In this document: piece after piece, positions 11,537 to 20,100 of the stretch | Layout of the letters: the number at the start of each line of letters is the position of its first letter | How positions within the stretch are numbered: the stretch's first letter is position 1 | Assembly (NCBI GenBank): GCA_046542505.1 | Contig: JBKHBH010000017.1 | Location: 1-30,882 of the forward strand | Direction of reading: 5' to 3' | Length of the DNA stretch: 30,882 bases | Source of the DNA: Thermovirgaceae bacterium | GTDB taxonomy: Bacteria; Synergistota; Synergistia; Synergistales; Thermovirgaceae | Program-made: the position numbers and the translations under genes | The notes under the pieces: generated by a model | Databases searched by the model: none | Told to the model about the DNA's origin: nothing | Seen by the model: only the letters and a program-made list of their open reading frames with translations

Positions 11537-12999
11537 TGGCTCAGGGAGCTCGGACGGTTATCGGACTTGAGGTCCACGTGCAGCTTTCGACGAAAAGCAA
11601 GATGTTCTGTCCCTGCAGCACCGATTATATCGGGACCGTTCCGAACACGAACATTTGCCCTGTCTGTCTTGGGCTTCCGGGGACCCTTCCGGTTTTAAAC
11701 GGCAGGGTTATCGAGTTCGCCATCAGGGGAGCCCTTGCTCTGGGGTCCAGTATCGCAGGCCGAACGTGGTTTCACAGGAAAAATTATTTTTATCCTGATC
11801 TGCCAAAAGCCTATCAGATCAGCCAGTATGACATCCCGCTGGCAAGCGGCGGATCTTTGGTCATCGAGACGGAAAACGGCAAGAAGAAAATAGGCATTAC
11901 CAGGCTTCATCTGGAAGAAGATGCAGGGAAGCTTGTCCATGAAGCGAAAGACGGGCGCCTGGCTGGATCAGCCGGCAGCCTCATCGACTACAACAGGGCC
12001 GGCGTTCCCCTTGTAGAGATCGTTTCCGAACCGGAGCTGGCCTCACCGGCGCAAGCGCGTGACTATGTGGTCCGGCTCCGACAGCTTGTGAGATATCTCG
12101 GGATTTCCGATGGGGACATGGAATCGGGGTCACTCAGGGTTGATGCAAATATCTCAAGGACCTTCCCGGACGGCCGTTTAGGTTCGAAGGTGGAAGTCAA
12201 GAACATGAATTCCCTTGCCGCTCTTGAAAAGGCTCTGGCACACGAAGAAGAACGTCAAGACGTGATCCTCTCAAAAGGCGGATCGATCATACAGGAGACA
12301 CGGCACTGGGACGATGTCGCCGGACGGACAGTTTCTTCCAGAGGGAAGGAAGAGGCTCATGACTACCGCTACTTCCCGGAGCCGGACCTTCCGCCGGTGG
12401 TCATAACGGAAGCCATGATAGCAAGGGTTTGCAAGAGCCTTCCGGAACTCCCGTGGGAAAAGGAGGAGCGCTTTTGCAAAGAGTACAGCCTGACGCGGGA
12501 GGAGACTGCGCTTTTGGTCTCCGGGAGAAAACTGGCGGAATACTTCGAAAAGACCGTCGCGGGAGGCGCCGATCCTAAACGAACGGCGAACTGGTTCCGA
12601 ACAGAAGTCCTGCGTTTGATGAATGAGGGAGGGTTCGACACGGGAGCACCACCGGTGCCGGCCATAACTCTGGCGGAACTTCTCAAGGCGGTGGATGAAA
12701 GCAGGCTCTCTAACACGGCGGCCAAGGACGTATGGGGAAAAATGCTCGATACCGGTTGCAGCGTGAGTGATGCCATGGAATCTCTCGGGCTCTCGGAAGG
12801 GACCGCCAGCGGAGACGAGTTGAGATCCATCATCAGGCGGGTCCTCGAAAACCAGCAGGAAGTGGTCGAGGAAATCCGTGCGGGAAGGGACCCGAAGGGC
12901 AAAAAACGGAAATTTCTCTTCGGACTTGTGATGCGCGAAACGAGAGGGCAGGCAGAACCTGCGGAAGTCGGGGAGACGCTGGAAGAGATGGTGCGTTGA
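11533..12999 (+). CDS. gatB: Asp/Glu-tRNA amidotransferase subunit B
   Basis: IGLEVHVQL, RKNYFYPDLPKAYQISQ, HLEEDAGK, DYNRAGVPLVEIVSEP, DYRYFPEPDL. Confidence 0.97.
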   Translation: MMAQGARTVIGLEVHVQLSTKSKMFCPCSTDYIGTVPNTNICPVCLGLPGTLPVLNGRVIEFAIRGALALGSSIAGRTWFHRKNYFYPDLPKAYQISQYDIPLASGGSLVIETENGKKKIGITRLHLEEDAGKLVHEAKDGRLAGSAGSLIDYNRAGVPLVEIVSEPELASPAQARDYVVRLRQLVRYLGISDGDMESGSLRVDANISRTFPDGRLGSKVEVKNMNSLAALEKALAHEEERQDVILSKGGSIIQETRHWDDVAGRTVSSRGKEEAHDYRYFPEPDLPPVVITEAMIARVCKSLPELPWEKEERFCKEYSLTREETALLVSGRKLAEYFEKTVAGGADPKRTANWFRTEVLRLMNEGGFDTGAPPVPAITLAELLKAVDESRLSNTAAKDVWGKMLDTGCSVSDAMESLGLSEGTASGDELRSIIRRVLENQQEVVEEIRAGRDPKGKKRKFLFGLVMRETRGQAEPAEVGETLEEMVR

Positions 13000-13024
13000 C
13001 GGGTTTTTTGCTGACCCTTAAGAT
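12996..13024 (+). promoter_or_regulatory. Sigma70-type promoter for the EF-G paralog, overlapping the gatB stop codon
   Basis: TTGACG (12996-13001), 17 bp spacer, TAAGAT (13019-13024). Confidence 0.7.
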
Positions 13025-13101
13025 AAGGCGTGCGCGACTGTTGACAATCAACATAGGGAAACCGTGTAACAGGTCTTTACATATAGAGGAGGTATCAGTG
13101 T

Positions 13102-15186
13102 ATGGCGACGCGGAGACCGGAAAACATCAGGACCGTGGCTCTTGTGGGCCATGGGGGATCAGGGAAGACAACCCTAATGGAGGCAATCGCCTTCGATCTG
13201 GGGATGACGGCGCGCCTTGGAAACGTGGAGGACGGCAATACCCTCAGTGACTTCGGCGCGGAGGAACAAAAACGGCAGATTTCAATCAACACCTCCGTTT
13301 TTTCCGTGGAACACAAGGAAAGGCATCTACACATTCTGGACTGTCCGGGCTATGCGGATTTTATCGGCGATCTCAGGTCGGCGATGAGGGTCACCGACAA
13401 TGCCGTCATCGTCGTCAGCGGTGTCCATGGGGTTGAAGTGCAAACCGAGAAGGCCTGGGAGTTTTCTGAAGACCTGGGTCTTGCCTCAGTCTTCTACATC
13501 AGCAAGATGGAACGAGAGAACGCCGATTTCCAGAAAACCCTGGGAACCATAAAAGACTTCCTCTCCGAAAAGGCTGTGCCGCTTTTTCTTCCCATCGGCA
13601 GCGAAGCCGGCTTCAAGGGGGTCATTGATCTCCTTGGGGAAAAGGCCTATGTCTACAAGGGTGATGGAAGCATGGAGTTTACCGAATCCGGTGTTCCGGA
13701 GGACATGCAAAGTGATGTCGAAACCGCCAGGGAGGCGCTTTTGGAAAAAATCGTCGAGTCCGACGATGAACTCATGATGCGCTACCTGGAGGGCGAAGAA
13801 ATCGGGCTTGACGAAATCATGCCGGCTCTCCGGAAAGCTGTGAGGGACAGGGAGCTTTTTCCCGTTATTCCCGGTTCGAGTGCCGCCAACATAGGAGTCC
13901 TTCAGTTGCTCGACAGCATTGTCGACGTCTGCCCGGCACCAGCGGACATGCCTCCAAGAAAAGCCGTTTCAGGCGAGGAAGAAATTGCCGTTGACAGTGA
14001 TCCTGAAGGTCCGTTCCGGGCCCTTTGCTTCAAGATCATGGTCGACCCATACGTCGGCAAGCTTTCCTTCCTTCGTGTCTTTTCGGGATCCCTCTCCAGC
14101 GAAAGCCCGATTTTTAATGTCAACAAGGAGGAGGAAGAGCGGATCAGCGCCTTCAAGCTGATGACAGGGAAGGAAGGTACGGACGTCAAGGAGATCGTTA
14201 CGGGAGATATCGTCGCCATACCAAAGCTTCACAGCACCGTCGTGGGTGACACCCTTGCCGTGAAAGGCGAAAAGGTGACCTTCCCGCCTATCCAGTTCCC
14301 CAAACCAGTCTATAGCGTTGCCGTCCTCCCGAAGAGCCGCAATGATGAAGACAAGCTCGCAACGGCACTCGGAAAAATGCTGGAAGAAGATCCCACGCTT
14401 CGATTCGAGAAGAATCCTGAAACTCTGGACAGTGTACTTTCGGGAATGGGTGACCTGCATATCGACATTCTCCTGTCAAAGATCAAGGAGCGCTACGGCG
14501 TCGAGCTTGACACGAAAACACCGAGGGTCCCGTACCGGGAGACCATAAAGAAGCCGGCGAAGGCGCAGGGAAAATACAAGAAGCAAACAGGCGGCAGGGG
14601 ACAGTATGGAGACGTCCACATTGAGTTCCAGCCGCTCCCCAGAGGCGAGGGATTCAAATTTGAAGACAAGATCGTCGGCGGCGCCGTGCCGAAATCCTAC
14701 ATTCCCGCCGTCGAAAAGGGTCTCAGAGAGGCAATTCAGAAGGGTGTTTTGGCTGGATTCCCGACCGTCGATGTCAAGGCGATCCTGTTTTTTGGATCAT
14801 ACCATGACGTGGATTCGTCGGAAATGGCCTTCAAGATAGCGGCGTCGATGGCCTTCAAGAAAGCCATATCGGAGGCATCGCCTATTCTGCTTGAACCGAT
14901 CATGAACGTCGAGGTTGTGGTCCCCGAAGAGTATCTAGGCGATGTCATGGGCGATTTCAACGGGCGACGCGGAAAGATCATGGGAATAGACAGCCGAGGC
15001 CACCTTCAGGTCGTCAAGGCACAGGTTCCCCTCGCGGAGATGTTCAGATATGCCATTATTCTCCGGTCGATGACCTCGGGACGGGGGAATTTCACAATGG
15101 AATGTTCCCACTACGAAGAGGTGCCGCAGGACATTACGAAAAAGATCATCGCCCAGGCTGAAGCTGAGGCAGAGGAAGAAAAGTAA
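13102..15186 (+). CDS. fusA2: Elongation factor G paralog (EF-G2/EF-G-like), outside the str operon
   Basis: Full five-domain EF-G layout (GMGDLH, YRETI, KQTGGRGQYG, GSYHDVDSSEMAF, GDVMGD...RRG) with divergent G-domain motifs (GHGGSGKT, RQISI, DCPGY, SKME). AGGAGGT RBS. Confidence 0.92.
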   Translation: MATRRPENIRTVALVGHGGSGKTTLMEAIAFDLGMTARLGNVEDGNTLSDFGAEEQKRQISINTSVFSVEHKERHLHILDCPGYADFIGDLRSAMRVTDNAVIVVSGVHGVEVQTEKAWEFSEDLGLASVFYISKMERENADFQKTLGTIKDFLSEKAVPLFLPIGSEAGFKGVIDLLGEKAYVYKGDGSMEFTESGVPEDMQSDVETAREALLEKIVESDDELMMRYLEGEEIGLDEIMPALRKAVRDRELFPVIPGSSAANIGVLQLLDSIVDVCPAPADMPPRKAVSGEEEIAVDSDPEGPFRALCFKIMVDPYVGKLSFLRVFSGSLSSESPIFNVNKEEEERISAFKLMTGKEGTDVKEIVTGDIVAIPKLHSTVVGDTLAVKGEKVTFPPIQFPKPVYSVAVLPKSRNDEDKLATALGKMLEEDPTLRFEKNPETLDSVLSGMGDLHIDILLSKIKERYGVELDTKTPRVPYRETIKKPAKAQGKYKKQTGGRGQYGDVHIEFQPLPRGEGFKFEDKIVGGAVPKSYIPAVEKGLREAIQKGVLAGFPTVDVKAILFFGSYHDVDSSEMAFKIAASMAFKKAISEASPILLEPIMNVEVVVPEEYLGDVMGDFNGRRGKIMGIDSRGHLQVVKAQVPLAEMFRYAIILRSMTSGRGNFTMECSHYEEVPQDITKKIIAQAEAEAEEEK

Positions 15187-15240
15187 GGAAAATAGAAACA
15201 AACAGTCACGAAGGTACCTTTTTGAATTGGTGGTAACATA

Positions 15241-15280
15241 TCAGGGCCGCTGCGATTCCCGCAGCGGCCCTGACGCTTTC
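15241..15280 (+). terminator. Strong hairpin after fusA2, probable intrinsic terminator (weak U-tract)
   Basis: TCAGGGCCGCTGCG-ATTCC-CGCAGCGGCCCTGA perfect 14-bp stem (15241-15273), then cgctttcattgttt. Confidence 0.6.
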
Positions 15281-15335
15281 ATTGTTTCGGGACGAGCCTC
15301 CGACTCCCCTGATATCTGTATGGAGAGTGACGAAA

Positions 15336-16139
15336 ATGAATAAAGCCGTGACGAAGAAAAAGGTGTGGAAACTCTGCCGCGTTGGAACAGCCGGTTTTTT
15401 CGAAGACGTTGTTCTGAAGGAAAAGATTGTTGCCCTGATAGTGGATGGCAGAGAAGAGGTGTCGGTCGTTCTTACCCCAGGCGAAGAGGACCTGTGGGCA
15501 TTGGGTCACCTGTTTTCTAGGAGGATGATTCTTTCCAGGAACGATATTGTTTTTCTGGAAATCGGTGCAAACCGGATTTCAATACAGAGGAAAGTGAAGC
15601 GCAAAGGACTTTCCATTCGACATCGTTTTGTTGATACCGCCTCATCGTGCCTCACCGAAGCCGTGAAGGAAAATCCAAAGACGAAAGACAAAAGGCTTCC
15701 ACTAGAAGTACGGTGGCACGTGCCATACGCACTCGTGGAAAAGGCGGTGCAGAATCTTTCAGCCGCCCCTCTTTTCAGGCAGACGGGCAGCGTTCACGTT
15801 GCGATTCTGGCGGACACGAAGGGCAGAACCCTTTGTTGCGTCGAAGATGTCGGGCGGCATAATGCTGTGGACAAAGCTGTAGGTTGGGCTGTCAAAAACG
15901 GAGTAAAAACAATGGATTGCTTTCTGGCCGTTTCAGGGCGGCTGCCCGCCGACATGGTTTGCAAGGCTTTCGGTGCCCAAATCCCGTTTGTGGCAAGTAT
16001 TTCGGCGGCAACTGCATCGGGAATTGAAGCCGCTGAAAGGTTTGGCATAACGCTAGTGGGTTTTGTGAGGGAAGGACGGATGAATGTTTATTCCGTCCCG
16101 GAGCGTTTCGCGGAACTGGGTTCCGTAAATGGCCGCTAA
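15336..16139 (+). CDS. fdhD: Formate dehydrogenase accessory sulfurtransferase FdhD
   Basis: LTP.EEDLWALGHLFS, LFRQTGSVH, EDVGRHNAVDKAVG, SGRLPADMV.K, SISAAT..G, TLVGFVR. Adjacent to the FDH operon. ATG 15336 behind GGAGAG. Confidence 0.93.
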   Translation: MNKAVTKKKVWKLCRVGTAGFFEDVVLKEKIVALIVDGREEVSVVLTPGEEDLWALGHLFSRRMILSRNDIVFLEIGANRISIQRKVKRKGLSIRHRFVDTASSCLTEAVKENPKTKDKRLPLEVRWHVPYALVEKAVQNLSAAPLFRQTGSVHVAILADTKGRTLCCVEDVGRHNAVDKAVGWAVKNGVKTMDCFLAVSGRLPADMVCKAFGAQIPFVASISAATASGIEAAERFGITLVGFVREGRMNVYSVPERFAELGSVNGR

Positions 16140-16149
16140 TGGACAGATG

Positions 16150-16199
16150 AAAAAAGGTGCGGGTTCTCCGGCTAGAACCCGCACCGGTTATCTTTTTTT
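16150..16199. terminator. Bidirectional intrinsic terminator between convergent fdhD and the FNT gene
   Basis: A6-GGTGCGGGTTCT-CCGGCT-AGAACCCGCACC 12-bp stem. The A-run on the left is the U-tract for the minus strand; a T-run lies to the right. Confidence 0.8.
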
Positions 16200-17025
16200 A
16201 TTTGACGTCTTCCAGCTTGTTGCGGAAGACGAGGAAGTAAAATACTGCGACGAAGAGGATACCTCCAAGCATATTCCCCAGGGTGACGGGGATAAGGTTG
16301 TGAAGGTAGCCGCCCAGGTCGACGTTCGCAAGTTTTTCCGGAGCGATTCCAGAAGCCGAAACCACAGTGTCACTGCCTTTGAGAAACATGCCAAGGGCCA
16401 TGAAATACATGTTGGCGATGCTGTGTTCGAAACCTGATGCGACAAAGGTCATGATGGGGAAGAAGATGGCGAATATCTTGCCTACGATGTCTGTGGCCGC
16501 CATACTCATCCATACAGCGAGGACGACGATCCAGTTGCAAAGGATGCCCCGGACGAAGGCCTGGCCGATGGGAAGATTCATTTTCCCCGTGGCTATGGAA
16601 AGGGCGTTGATCCCAACCTGGCCATTCCAGAGCCCGGAGTAATAGATTAGTGCCGCAATTAAAAGAGACCCCAAAAGGTTTCCCAGGTAAACAAAGATCC
16701 AGTTCTTGGCGACTCCCGAGAAAGGCTGGCATCCGGCGAAGGTGCCGAGGGACATCAGGCAGTTTCCTGTAAAAAGCTCGGCACCGCCGATAACGACCAT
16801 CATGAGTCCTACGGAAAATACGGCGCCACCCAGAAATTTGGAAACCCCCACGCCGACAAATTTTGCCGCGTCCTGTGTGACGACAGTTGAAAGGAATCCC
16901 CCGAAGGCAATATAAGCTCCCGCCAGGATCCCCATGAGCAACATTTGCTGAACGTTCCAACTGCTTTTGGCCTTTGCGACGGCGCATGCGCTTTTGGCCA
17001 GATCCACTGGTGATTTGAAATTCAT
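16198..17025 (-). CDS. fdhC: Formate/nitrite transporter family channel (FdhC/FocA-like)
   Basis: GILAGAYIAFG, FSVGL...GAELFTGN, GILCNWIVVLAVW, FVASGFEHSIANM, VTLGNMLGG motifs. Last gene of the FDH cluster. Confidence 0.93.
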   Translation of the reverse strand: MNFKSPVDLAKSACAVAKAKSSWNVQQMLLMGILAGAYIAFGGFLSTVVTQDAAKFVGVGVSKFLGGAVFSVGLMMVVIGGAELFTGNCLMSLGTFAGCQPFSGVAKNWIFVYLGNLLGSLLIAALIYYSGLWNGQVGINALSIATGKMNLPIGQAFVRGILCNWIVVLAVWMSMAATDIVGKIFAIFFPIMTFVASGFEHSIANMYFMALGMFLKGSDTVVSASGIAPEKLANVDLGGYLHNLIPVTLGNMLGGILFVAVFYFLVFRNKLEDVK

Positions 17026-17047
17026 GACAAACTCCCCCTTTGAATAA

Positions 17048-17065
17048 TTGTTCGTTTTTTAACAA
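17048..17065. promoter_or_regulatory. Candidate Rex operator upstream of the FNT gene
   Basis: TTGTTCGTTTTTTAACAA (minus strand TTGTTAAAAAACGAACAA), 2 mismatches to TTGTTAANNNNTTAACAA. Confidence 0.5.
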
Positions 17066-17071
17066 GATCTT

Positions 17072-17109
17072 GCCCAGGGAAACCGGACTCTTGACCGGTT
17101 CCCCTGGGC
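17072..17109 (-). other. Intercistronic 15-bp RNA stem-loop between the FDH large subunit and FNT genes
   Basis: Minus-strand RNA GCCCAGGGGAACCGG-UCAAGAGU-CCGGUUUCCCUGGGC pairs fully (one G-U). No U-tract follows. Confidence 0.7.
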
Positions 17110-17117
17110 TGAAACGA

Positions 17118-20100
17118 CTATGCTTTTATTACCTTGACGGCACTGATCTTGTAAGCAGGTGTTTCGGAATCAGGGTCGATCACTGCGGCGGTCAACATGT
17201 TTGCAGCAGCTTCTGCAAAATGGAAGGGCAAAAACACCATTTTCTGCGGAACCCTGTCGGTAAGTTTTATTTTCCCTTTCACTGAACCGCGTCTGGAAGT
17301 GACGATGATTTCTTCGCCGGGTCCCACACCGAGAGATTCGGCGTCAGCGGGGTTGAGCTCTATGAAGAGCTCCTTGATGTGGTCACCTGACGGGCCGCGA
17401 CGGCTCATGCTTCCCGTATGGTAATGGTAAAGAATGCGTCCCGTGGAAGCGAGGAAGGGGTATTCCTCGTCTGGCCATTCATGAGGAGCCTTCCATCTGC
17501 AGGGAGAGAAAACACCTTTTCCGTTCGGCCTGGCAAATTTGCCCACATGGAGATTCGGAGTTCCCGGGTGGTCCGGGGTTGGGCAGGGCCACGAAAGAGG
17601 AGCCTTATCGAGCCGGTCGTAACTCATTCCTGCGTAACTTGGAGTGCATCTGGCAATATCGTCGAAAATCTCCGAGGCGCTTTGATATTCCCACCCGGCT
17701 CCCAGTTTCCTTGCCAGGTTTGTGATGATTTTCCAATCGGTAAGAGCTTCATCGGGCGCTTCAACAGCCTTGCGGATACGCTGCACTGTACGGGTGGTAT
17801 TGGTGTAGGTCCCTTCCTTTTCAGCCCAGCATGCGGCAGGCAAAACAATGTCAGCCAGTTCCGCCGTTTCCGTCAGGAAGATGTCCTGAACAACGAGTAA
17901 AGACAGGTTTTGAAGACTGTGCCTGACATGTTCGCTGTCGGGGTCGCTGACCATAGGGTTTTCGCCCATGATGTAAAGGCCCTTCAAGTCACCGTTACCC
18001 GCCGCCTCCATCATTTTGACCACTGTCAGTCCTGACGACTCCGGCAGATCGCCGCATTTCCAGAGCTCTTTCATTCTTTTCCTGACGTCCTCGTCTGCCA
18101 CCTTTTGATACCCGGTATAGACGTTGGGGAGAGCACCCATGTCACATGCGCCCTGGACGTTGTTCTGTCCGCGCAAGGGGTTGACTCCCGTTCCGGGCCT
18201 TCCCATCATTCCGCACAACATTGCCAGATTGGCGAGAGACCGGACGTTGTCGGTGCCGCTCTGGTGCTGGGTAATACCCATGGTATAGAAAATGGCCGAA
18301 TCGGGCCCCTCCGCATATGTTCGTGCCGCTTTCTCGATAAGCCCGGCATCGACGCCGGTGATTTCGCTGGTCCTCTCCGGGGTGTATTCCTTCACTATTT
18401 CTTTCAGTGCTTCGAAATTTTCAACACGTTCTTTGAGAAACGTTTCGTCGTGCAGGTTATCCCGGAGGATGACGTGCATGAACCCGTTTATCAGTGCGAC
18501 GTCCGTTCCACTGGTTTGCCGGATATAGTGATCGGCATACCGGGACAGCTCTATGCTGCGGGGATCGCAGACGATAAGTTTTGCACCCTGCGATACCCGT
18601 TCCTTGATCCAGGAACCGATAACAGGGTGGGTTTCCGTTGTGTTCGATCCTATAACCAGCAGGACATCAGCCTGTTTCAGTGAGTCGAAATCGTTGGTCA
18701 TTGCGCCGCTTCCGAAGGTCTCGCCGAGACCTTTCACAGTGGCGCTGTGTCAGAGATGGGCACAGTGGTCGACGTTGTTTGTGCCCGCCACCTCCCTTGC
18801 GAAACGCTGGAAGAGATAATTTTCCTCGTTGGTGCATCTGGCCGAGGAGAAAAAGCCCAGCGCATCGGGACCATGCTTCTCTTTGATCTCGTTCATTCGC
18901 GTTGCAATAAAATCAAGGGCCTCAGACCACTCAATTTCACGGAACGTACCGTTTTCCTTGATGAGTGGTTTTTTCAGTCGATCTTCATTATGGACGAACC
19001 GCCACCCGAAGCGCCCTTTAACGCAATCGCGCCCCTTGTTCAACGATGTAAGGCTCTGGAAATCTGTCGTAACGTTGGCGATTTTCCCGGTTTTGGTATC
19101 TACATGTACATCGAGTTCGCACCCGACACCACAATATGAACAGACGGTCTTGACTGTTTTGGTGTATTCCGGCCGCGTGATTCCATGCTGTGTTTTTTCC
19201 ACGAGAGCCCCTGTCGGGCACACCTGAACGCAGAGGCCACAGTTGACACAGTCCGATTCATCGATCCCGCGGGAAACTCCGGGGCCAACGAAGGTCTCAA
19301 TGCCTCGTTTCTGGAAATCGATGGCATGGTAGATGGCCTGCTCTTCGCAAATACGGACACACTTTCCGCACTGGACGCATTTGTCCATGTTCCGCACGTA
19401 GAAGGGGTTTTCCTCTTCCGGCCGGTCCGGTCTGGAGAAAAGCTCTTTGGGGAACGCATCGGGCGACGCCTCGTATTCGATGCCGTAAGCTCTCAGCTTA
19501 CACTCATGTACGTCAGGGCACCCGCATTTCATGCACCGGCTGCCATCTTTTTTTACCTGTTCTTCCGTCAGGCCCATGTTGAACTCCTGGAAGGGCTTGA
19601 CAAGTCTCTTTGAGGCCTCAAAAAACGTGGGTTTTTCCTGGGGCTGCTTCTCTTCATCGAGGAAGTCTTCGGGCCCAAGGTCATCCCTGACAACATCGCA
19701 TTCGAAGGGACGGTGGGGGATGCCTTCTGAAATGTAGTGGTGAACGGATTCTGCAGTAAGATGGCCGTCACCGATCGCAGCTATCGCAATGTCCGGTCCC
19801 GTCTTCTGGTCGCCGCAAACGAACACCCCTTCGTCAGGGGTCGCGAAGTGTTCGTTTACAATCATTCGTTTGCCGTCATGAAGACCTTTCGGCAGAAGCG
19901 ATAGGTCCGTTCGTTGTCCGATGGCCGCAATGACGGTCTGCACTTCAAGAGTGAAAGTCTCTCCAGTCGGTACGGGTTTTCTGCGACCGGAGGCGTCAGG
20001 TTCGCCGAGAAACATTTTTTCGCAGACAATCCTCTCAACCTTTCCATCCCCCTCTACGGCTTTGGGAGCCGTCAGGAAAATGAATTCGACGCCTTCTTCC

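Noticed and set aside
13051..13063. ACnTAGGGAAACC shared with 23711-23723, each a few bp after a TTGACA
   Set aside because: Only two copies, different spacing, non-palindromic and in front of unrelated genes; cannot be distinguished from chance here.
13030..13075. ZTP (pfl) riboswitch resemblance (GCGCGACTG...GGGAAACC)
   Set aside because: It lacks the conserved GACUGGCG continuation and the 3' CGCCUGGG pseudoknot hairpin, and the gene context does not fit.
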